A stretch of DNA of 64,000 bases from Eledone cirrhosa. Taxonomy: Eukaryota. The notes under the pieces are model-generated. The model was not told the origin of the DNA. It saw only the letters and a program-made list of their open reading frames with translations, and searched no databases. This document shows positions 52,446 through 64,000 of this stretch, in pieces (within the stretch, counting starts at the first letter, position 1; each line of letters opens with the position of its first letter). Both the position numbers and the translations under genes were made by a program. The stretch is taken from assembly GCA_964016885.1 (NCBI GenBank), contig OZ024741.1, forward strand, positions 285,200,001 to 285,264,000, given 5' to 3'.

Positions 52446-54004
52446 AAGACTACAATGCAAAAAGTGTTTAGATTATAACTAAAAATAAGAGAAATACAAC
52501 GAAAAAAAGACTCATTCTAATATTTGTATTATGCTAGTTTGAATAGATGTCTGTATTGTCTTATTTTTATTTCTCTTTATTTAGATTTGTTTTAATTTAT
52601 AATATATTGTTACCTATTCCAATACTTCATTAATACATTTTATAATTTAATAAATTAAACGGTAAATTTTTTGGTCAGTAATAGGGGATATGTGTTTTTG
52701 AATGGTTGTGAAGGGATGGAAATAAGGGATGGAAAAAGCGAAGAAAAATGAAGTAAAGAAAGAACTAAGAGAACTAAGGAAGGTATGGACATTGTATAGG
52801 CGATGATGATGATGATGATGATTATGTTGATGATGATTAAATTAATAATAGGAATTAGTATACTCACACCTACCCACCCAAGTTATTTTTCATTCATCTC
52901 ATTTTCCCATTCATCATCATTATCATCATCCGAAACTCCGCTCCTTATTTGCCAATCTTACTAATTCGTATTATAACATCTATCATCATCATCGCACATA
53001 GCACGTCCATACCTTCCTTATTTCTCTTAGTTCATTTTCATTGATTGTTAAAAGTATAATGATAAAAGAATAACATTCCTACATCTTTGTTATCATTATA
53101 TTTCAACAATAATATATATATACATACGTACACACACATATATATATAAACATTGAGTGTCTCGAAAATTATCGAATCGAAGCGTGAGTGCATTTGAAAT
53201 TTATAGAAATATGTTGGAAACTCGAACAAAAGGAACACCTGTTAAAACGGCCGAGTGCCGTCAATCATAACAGCATGTAAGTCGGACAAGAGAACCCTTA
53301 AGTTAAAAAAAAGAGTCCTAAGTTCAGAAATCAGTGGTCAGTGATTGCTATAGAGAGATAGAAATTGGTGAGGTTGGTCAGATGTATATACGATTGGAGA
53401 GGAATGTGTTGGCACGTATGAATGATAAGCAAAGAAGAACGAAAAAAAAGTGGAGATTAAGGTTACAATAAGAGTCGGGATTAAGGTTACAAATCATACG
53501 AGACGATACAAAACCGCAGATGCAATTGGCCTCAACACCTCTCAATCTGGATTGCAGTTTCGCACGAGCAAATGAGAGGACCGTAATTGTTTAATGGCAA
53601 CTCGTGCAGCAGAAAATGAATAAACAGAACAGACAGACGAATCAGAAAACGAAAGGAAATGTGCCCAGCCAGTGATGTGTTACTAGCTGTTTCTGTTCCT
53701 ATGGATATTTTTGTCTGACTTACATGCTATTGTGATTGACGGCAATCAGTTGTTTTAATAGCTGTTCCTTGTGTTCGAGATTCCAAATTATTCCTATAAA
53801 TTTCATATATATATACTATAAAGATCCCGACGGCTGAGCTCTTACCCTTTCAACAGCCAGTTCCTGACTGGAACTGGCTGTTGAAACGACAAGAGCTCAT
53901 ACGTTGGGGCCCCGACTCTTTATAATATAACCATTCTTTACTACCCCAAATATAGAGTACTCTGTTGAGAAATGGTCTAACCAGTTTCAAACTGATTCCA
54001 TCCT

Positions 54005-54075
<71 letters not shown>

Positions 54076-54245
54076 TGTGTGTGTGTGTGTGTGTGTATAG
54101 CGTATTTTCCACGCACCTATCTAAGCTTTAGTTGAGCAGTTTATAAACAGCATGATCGGGAATTTGCGTTGGCTTTTGTACTTCTGTTATTAAATCGATC
54201 TAAATTCCCCACTATACATACTTACATACATACTTACATACATAC

Positions 54246-54328
<83 letters not shown>

Positions 54329-54660
54329 ATACGTAGCCGAGAAACCGAACGCCGAGGATATAAAATTAATGCAAAGTATATCTGGGAGATATGTGGTTCA
54401 ATTCTTATATTGGCCGATGGCAACTTCTTTTTCCGTTATCGCACTATTTTATAGCATGAGCACACCAACCTTTACATTAATTTTATATTCTAAGCACCTC
54501 AAAGTTCGATCTCTCGGCTACCTATATTGCTTGTTTACATAAGCATGTCTGTCTGTCTATCTGTCTGTCAGTCTGTCTGACTGCGAGTCTGTTTGTCTGC
54601 CGAGATCTGAAAAGCTGGTGTTGAGCTATATAGTTAAAATGTGGGTTGAGACCTGTCACG

Positions 54661-54734
54661 TTCCCTTAGCTTAAGGGTTTACAGCGCCTAGCCGGTATTT
54701 GGGAGATATGGGGGTTCAATTCCCCATAGTGGCC
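54661..54734 (+). pseudogene. tRNA-like sequence (degenerate; pseudogene or SINE head)
   Basis: D-arm-like tagcttaagggtttacagc, anticodon arm cctag-ccggtat-ttggg, T-arm gggg-ttcaatt-cccc; poor acceptor stem; partial second copy at 54376-54480. Confidence 0.5.
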
Positions 54735-54817
54735 GATGGCAATTTCTTTTCCCGTTTTTTAAGGCGCTTCACCCTATTTTATAGCATCTCTGTGCATGAG
54801 CACATCATCTTCTACAT

Positions 54818-54851
<34 letters not shown>

Positions 54852-55187
54852 AACAATGCGTTTTATGGTTTGTTGATTATTCAACAAAGTTAATTTTACA
54901 ACAGATTAGAAGCACTCAACATATTTTTCTGGAGTATCATTAATATTAATAATATTAATAAATGGAAAATATCTTTATAAAATCATATTTATTTTATTAT
55001 ACGTATTTCAAGGGTACTAATATGTATAATAAAATAAATATGATTTTATAAAGATATTTTCCATTTATTAATATTATTAATATTATATATTTATATATAT
55101 AGATCAGGAATTTTACCCGCCCTAGATATATATATATATATATATATAAGTATTTATATATGTGTATGTATGCATATATAGATATGT

Positions 55188-55264
<77 letters not shown>

Positions 55265-55645
55265 CATGCCAGTTATGTGGAATACGATAAAAAGTATTCA
55301 ATGCAAGTAGGGACTATATTTACAATCATTTTGCATTTATTCGACGGGTGCCGTATAACTAGTTAACTAGTTTGTCATGCGATCTTGCATAAGCAACAAA
55401 CAAAATAAATATCTCTCTCGTTCATTTAAAGTTGATACTCTCTTCCATCACAAATCTGTGATTATATATTTATTGATTTTCATTTTCCCCAGAAACAAAA
55501 GCGCAGAAGTAAAAACGAGGACGAATGAAAGATCACACGCGCCTTATATTCCATGTAGTAGCCGAGTGAATCATAGACTTTTCTTCATATATAGTCCGTT
55601 CATGATAAATGTTACAGCATGTGTTGCACAATCTATCTACCTATT

Positions 55646-55684
<39 letters not shown>

Positions 55685-55962
55685 AACGAGTAGGACCCCG
55701 ACGGCTGAGCTCAAGTCGTTTCGACGGCTAATTCTGGACTAATCCAGAATTAGCCGTCGAAACGGCTTGAGCTCAGCCGTCGGGGTCCTACTCGTTCCTA
55801 TTACCCACTCTACTACCCTAAGTATTGAGTACTTTGGTGCGTTATGGGCCACCTGGTTCCTTACCACATTTCCTTCGTTATATATATATATATATATAAA
55901 TACTATATATATGTGTGTATATATATATATATATCATTTATATATATTTATATATATATGCT

Positions 55963-56034
<72 letters not shown>

Positions 56035-56074
56035 TGTGTGTGTGTGTGTGTATACATATGATATATGCATGTAG

Positions 56075-56126
<52 letters not shown>

Positions 56127-56942
56127 TTTGTAATATCTTTATATACTGGAAACAACTTGTTCTACTGAAAGTAAAACGGTGCTCTGTTTTTATCAATATA
56201 TTCTTTCATATTTTGATACACATTCCTTGCCGTTTGTTTCGAACAAATACACTGATTACAAATAAAAATGAAGCTTCGACTGATGCCGGATAAATCTATC
56301 AAAAATTCAAAACTTCAACGGTAAGGCCTACACCAATCCCCTTATATTTGCCTATTATAAAGAAGTAGTAACTCACGCCAACATTATCGAGAATTTCACA
56401 CGTGGATCAACTAACTCCGGAAACCACTTTTTCAATTTGCAAGGATTTACGGGTATAATTGTCATACTTACATATCTATAGATTAAAAATACGTAAATTT
56501 GTGATCGCATTTACGCACGTTCAATAGCCTTAAACAGTATATATATACAGATATCACTTCAAATTACGAACGAGAAGCTTATAATATGAAATGTCTTATA
56601 ACGTTGGTGATGTATTTGTATTTGTGAAATTTACTGTTTCAAAGAAAGAGCAAGAAATTCATATTAAAATACGAATAACATTGATAAAAGAAATAAATCT
56701 GGAACACAGCCGTATTTTCACGTCAACACACACACAGAAACACATACACAAAAAACATACACATACACGCACATGAATACATACACTTTCAAGAGCACAT
56801 ATATTTAATTAAGAATCGTTTTCCGAAGAGGAACGGAGAAATCCTACATTGAAATAAGGTAATGAATACATTAGTACAGAAGAAACATATGTATTTCATA
56901 TAAAAATGACTTTTACTGTTGCATTCCTTTGAAACAATCAGG

Positions 56943-57006
56943 AATTTCCTGATGATTTCATGATTTCAAACGAACGAAACATCTCTAGTCTTATCGATGT
57001 CAAATT
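56943..57006 (+). ncRNA. Type I hammerhead ribozyme motif
   Basis: aattt(c)-CTGATGA-tttc...gaac-GAAACATC-12-nt loop-GATGTC-aaatt; 5-bp stem III, GUC triplet; abuts (TA)n. Confidence 0.6.
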
Positions 57007-57061
57007 TATATATATATATATATGTGTGTGTGTATATATATGTATGTATATATATATATAC

Positions 57062-57108
<47 letters not shown>

Positions 57109-57153
57109 TACACACACACACATATATACATATATAAATATATGTTTATATGT

Positions 57154-57197
<44 letters not shown>

Positions 57198-57382
57198 GTA
57201 TACAATACATACAGGACACACACGCACACACACCAGCACACATACACACATGCACATATATATATATATATTTATACATACATATACATAGTAACAGATA
57301 GAGAAACACAGATGTAATGTAAGAGTTGGATGGATAGTCAGCTTGAGATAGATTGAAACGTTAAATTGACAGAAGTGTTTGA

Positions 57383-57798
57383 TATACAATATAACTGTTT
57401 CTACGTTAGGCACAAGGCCAGCAATTACCCAGTGCATTACTGGTACTTTATTTTATCGACCCCGTAAGGATGAAAGGCAAAGTTAACCATGGCGGGATTT
57501 GAACTCAGAATGGCAAGGGCCGTAACTCTATACGTCAAAGCATGGCGTCCGACCCTCTACCATTACTGCCAATTCACCGACCTTTATACAATATAATTGT
57601 TTCTACGTTAGGCACAAGGCCAGCAATTACCCAGTGCATTACTGGTACTTTATTTTATCGATCCCGTAAGGATGAAAGGCAAAGTTAACCATGGCGGGAT
57701 TTGAACTCAGAATGGCAAGGGCCGTAACTCTATACGTCAAAGCATGGCGTCCGACCCTCCACCGATACTGTCAATTCACCGACCTTTATACAATATAA
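57383..57798 (-). mobile_element. Tandem duplication (202-bp period) of a tRNA-derived SINE
   Basis: Two almost identical consecutive copies starting at 57383 and 57585. Confidence 0.9.
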
Positions 57799-57957
57799 CA
57801 ATAGGGAAAAAGTAGACAGGAAATTGTAAAAGAAAATTACTACAAGTGTGTTTAATGAGTGTATAATTAGGAGTTCACACCAAACACACATTTATGGTGA
57901 CACAGAGGATGCTAAAAATATTTAAGCTATATATGTATACATAAACTGTCTGGTCTG

Positions 57958-60270
<2,313 letters not shown>

Positions 60271-60851
60271 TATAAACACGTTGTTTACAATGAACAAAAG
60301 GTAAAGTACTTAATACATGGTGTTGTGTATACGTCTATGTATTCACCTGATGTCTTTTGTCGATAATTGAACTTTTACTAATGTTCGATCAATCAAACGG
60401 CCATATCGGTCTAAAAACTTCAAGTGGCAGCAACAGGCATATATATATATGCCGACACAAAACACAACAGACAACACACACAAATATACACACGCATACA
60501 TGTATATATATATATACATATTCAAATTGATTATATGATTTTCTTGTATATATTCCAGCCTGCAGTCTCAGGTTTTTCTTTCGAAATTCGTTTCATTGAC
60601 TCTCTTACACTCACTATTGCGCATTCTCTTTGTCACGTTCTCTCTTTAATTGTTTATTTGATTTTTGTCTTTCTTTCTTCCTTTCTTTCTTTCTTTCTTT
60701 CTTCCTCTTGCACACAAATCCACACTACTCTCTCTATTATTATACCGGTAAAAGTCTTGAAAACGTTTCTTTCTATCTATTGTTCCGTTCGACACAGTAT
60801 CTACAAAAAGAATTGCAAGTTCTTTCCTTCCACCACAAGTCACCAACCCGT

Positions 60852-61298
60852 CTAAGCAAAGACGTGTGGCGCGGACGTAAGTATTATAATGGTGGACAGC
60901 ATGGTGAAAAGACCACAGATGATAAAGCACAGGCGATCAATAACCATGGCTGCAAATTTCCAGTCACCTTTAATCTCGTCGTCATCTTCGTCGTCTTTGT
61001 ATTTCTTCGTTATTTTCTGGACTTCTTTGAGTATTGTAATTAACTCTCCGCGCCCGGAAGAGTCAGTGATTAATGGCATTAGTGGTTTCACACCACCGTT
61101 CGGATTGCTCTCATGCTTATAATCATCTTCAATGTCCATGGTGTTAGCTAGCAAGCTTCGTGTTGATTTCTCGATCAATCGTAGTTCTTGAGCACGACAA
61201 TTCTGGACGGTGTGTTTCTTCAAGGGGCGCAGGCGTTCTACTCCAGGTCGGCTCATACGAAGGACACAGGCCAACCACCCACAGATGCCTTTTCTCAC
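60852..61298 (-). CDS. Nicotinic acetylcholine receptor subunit (alpha7-like), last coding exon: M3-M4 loop and M4
   Basis: Minus-strand acceptor ttgtcatttcag|GTG; encodes ...STRSLLANTMDIEDD...WKFAAMVIDRLCFIICGLFTMLSTIIILTSAPHVFA*, signatures of invertebrate alpha7-type subunits. No upstream exons were found in the window. Confidence 0.92.
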   Translation of the reverse strand: MRKGICGWLACVLRMSRPGVERLRPLKKHTVQNCRAQELRLIEKSTRSLLANTMDIEDDYKHESNPNGGVKPLMPLITDSSGRGELITILKEVQKITKKYKDDEDDDEIKGDWKFAAMVIDRLCFIICGLFTMLSTIIILTSAPHVFA

Positions 61299-61411
61299 CT
61301 GAAATGACAAAAAGGGGATAGCATTGATGACAACTAACAAAACAGCGACAATAAACAGTTTGCAGAGCTTTACTCGTGAAACAACAACAGCAACAACAAC
61401 AACAAAAACAA

Positions 61412-61454
<43 letters not shown>

Positions 61455-62654
61455 AACAACAACATCGCTGTCGGTCTTATTGTCATTAAGAAGAATCATA
61501 ATGATCAAGTGGGTAATTTGTTTCTCTCATCGATAGTGAATAGTTGAGATTTTGTGAGCTATACTTAGTGATACTCTGGAATGTACGTTGGAAAGTTCGC
61601 TGACTATGAAGGATGATGCTAATGCTGTGATATCTTGCATGCATTAATTTCAACTCTTCTTATTAATAACTGCATTGTTTCTTTTCAGGGGCTATGTTGA
61701 AAAATAAACTTTATTTGGTCATTCCATGAGAATATCTTGTTCAGCCTATGGACTTTTTAGCCGACCCTCATTTTTGTGGTGGTTGTAGTATTATGCTGAT
61801 TTTAATAGTGAAGCTGTGTAGCTAATGGCCTTAATTACGGGACTATCCATGCATATATACGTTAACTATGAAGGATAAAGTATGAATATGGAAGAACGGA
61901 AATTTTATGATTATTATAATATTTGCTGACTAAAATATACAAAATATATCTTTTTCTTATTTTTTAGAATCCAGTAATTCCTGCCGGAGTCGTGGAGCAC
62001 CGTATGTTAATATGTCGTCTCTAGGGCACTATTGAAACCTGGCGGAGCCCATCTCTCTAGGTCTAAATACAGTAGATCTCATCCAGAGAAGGATAATGGG
62101 TGTGAGAAAATGGAAGTAAGAAAGAGATATAGAGGAAGAATTGACTCCAGAACTTAACAGGTACTTTTTATCGACCTCGAATGGATGAAAGGCAAAGTTG
62201 ACATCGGCGGGTTTTAATTCAGAGAGCAGAGAGCCGAAACGAATAGCGCAACATATTCTAACAACTCTGCCAATTGGCTGCCTCTCTTTGATCTCTTTGC
62301 AGCATTTGTAAAAAAAAAAAAAAAATAATAAAATAATGAAATGAAACAATGGTGTCAGTGAATGACGATTCTAAGGCTCCCAAATTTCAGTCTAGAAGTA
62401 AAGTCAAAAGAAGGTTTGTAATGGTTTTGCTGTTTACCTCCAAGTCATCACATCTGTGGATATCTCTTTCTGTTCTAATCACAGTGATCCTAGGACCAAA
62501 TAAGCTAATATATGCTTTCATTTTTAAGAAGACTAGCAGAGAAACCGCCCCTCGTGCGGTTTTCTGCCAGCATATGTAGTGTGCATATTGGTATTATACG
62601 CAAATATATATGCATATACATATATTTAAATTGAAAAATAAATTGATAATATCT

Positions 62655-63295
62655 TCTTCTTCACCCACTTATTTCTGAGAGAGTCGTGGGGGCAGAGACC
62701 TTCTCAAACACTCCTTCCAGCGAGTCTGTCAGTAGCAAACATCTCTAACTGATGCAGCTGGATCCCAAAGCGTGACCAGCTAATCTCATGGATGTTATCC
62801 AACTATCTTGCTCAGGGTCTACCTAGGGGTCTTTTGCCGGTTGGTTTTGCCTGTAAAATGTGTCCAGCGATTCATTACTGAGACATTCTAACCACATACT
62901 CATAATATCGGAGTTGTGATCTCTCAATTCGGAGAAGTAGCGGCTCTACCAGGAGTTACTCTCTGGTCTCTGAGCTATGCACTTTATCGAGTAACGTTAC
63001 TCCAAAGACCCTTCGGAGGAATTCCATTTCTGCCACTTTTATTTGCAATTGTAGTCTTTTAGTCATTACTCAAGATTCATGGTCCTCGGTAAGAGTTGGC
63101 AGGAATACCAGGAAGACAGCGAGTTTGGCTTTTACACCTACCCCCGCCCCCCTTCATGTGATTGGTGAGGCTGGCGCTTTACTGCATCAAGCTTTTGCAA
63201 TTCTTGCACTTAATTCAGACTCCTGCATTCTATCACTCATGGTTCCAAGATACTTGAACTTCTCTAACTGCTTCAGTAGAACTCCATTCACATGT
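62655..63295 (-). mobile_element. RTE-clade LINE 3' fragment (same family as 34380-35044)
   Basis: VNGVLLKQLEKFKYLG; nucleotide similarity to 34400-34975. Confidence 0.85.
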
Positions 63296-63534
63296 ATATA
63301 AATTTGAGGGACTTCTGTCCACCCGTCCATCACACAATGTGTATGTGTGTTTGTGTGAATGTATGTGTGTGTAAAAGGAAGGAAAGGGATACACACATAT
63401 ACATGTCTAACTTAAAAACAGTGACATACACACACGGGTCTCTAATTTAAGAATGCCGACAAACTCACGCGCGCGCACACACACACACTGTCCTATTACC
63501 ACTTAAGAGCTTTGGCCCGGACAAACATCCCCTC

Positions 63535-63947
63535 AATTTTGGAACCGTCTGCGTTTCCAGAATTGATGAGAAAAGACTTGACGGTCTTACTCTGTGTTCC
63601 TGGTCAAGAGGCAGGGGCTTTACCTGGGACGTCACAGTTAGTGACTCTTTTGCTTCTTTCCACACTCTGGATGCAGCGGTAAGGGCGAGAGCTACAGCAT
63701 CCGCAGCTGAACGGAACAAAATCCTAAAATATCGTGTTCTCTCACGAACTACGTTATCCAGCCTATGGCGTTCGAGACGTTTGGAGGAGTTGGGCTATTG
63801 ACAGCGAGGTTCTTATCTTCACTGGCGGCTCGCCAAACAGAGGTAACTGGTGATGCTCGTGAGGGCACTTGGTTGTTCCAGCACCTCAGCCTGGCCATCA
63901 CCCCGGGTAACTCTGCGAGCGTGGTGGCTTGCCTAAAAAATTATTAG
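63535..63947 (+). mobile_element. CRE-clade non-LTR retrotransposon 3' fragment (restriction-like endonuclease)
   Basis: KRLDGLTL.SW.RG...WDVTV.D, AAE..K..KY, PMAFETFG, TGDAREG.WLFQ.LSLAI..GN.AS. Confidence 0.8.
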
Positions 63948-64000
63948 AGAGGTTTCCCAGTGCTCCTCGCTATATTGCTATCTTTTGCTCTGGTAGCTAT

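Noticed and set aside
54661-54734. Functional tRNA-Thr gene
   Set aside because: Acceptor stem does not pair and the sequence continues into a repeated body.
61299-61508. N-terminal extension of the 218-aa nAChR ORF (poly-V/A)
   Set aside because: Intronic triplet repeat upstream of a good acceptor at 61299-61300.

Overview
AT-rich, microsatellite-laden eukaryotic genomic DNA. The SINE families and (TA)n density suggest an octopod cephalopod (inference). Positions 570 to about 33.8 kb hold the 3' part of a + strand multi-exon gene resembling centrosome and spindle pole-associated protein 1 (CSPP1): 17 coding exons join in frame through AG/GT sites, including a 23-nt microexon, plus one candidate terminal exon. 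The last coding exon of an alpha7-like nicotinic acetylcholine receptor subunit lies on the - strand at 60852-61298. The remainder is transposon debris: a decayed mariner, a nearly intact DD37D/maT element, RTE, R4/Dong-like, CR1-like, CRE-like and Penelope-like fragments, a hAT MITE, many tRNA-derived SINEs, minisatellites and simple repeats. The least explained signal is a set of about six type I hammerhead-ribozyme motifs plus several half-hammerheads inside fold-back palindromes and direct-repeat units, mostly next to (TA)n tracts. This looks like a Penelope/retrozyme-like family. All folds were paired by eye and none was computed.
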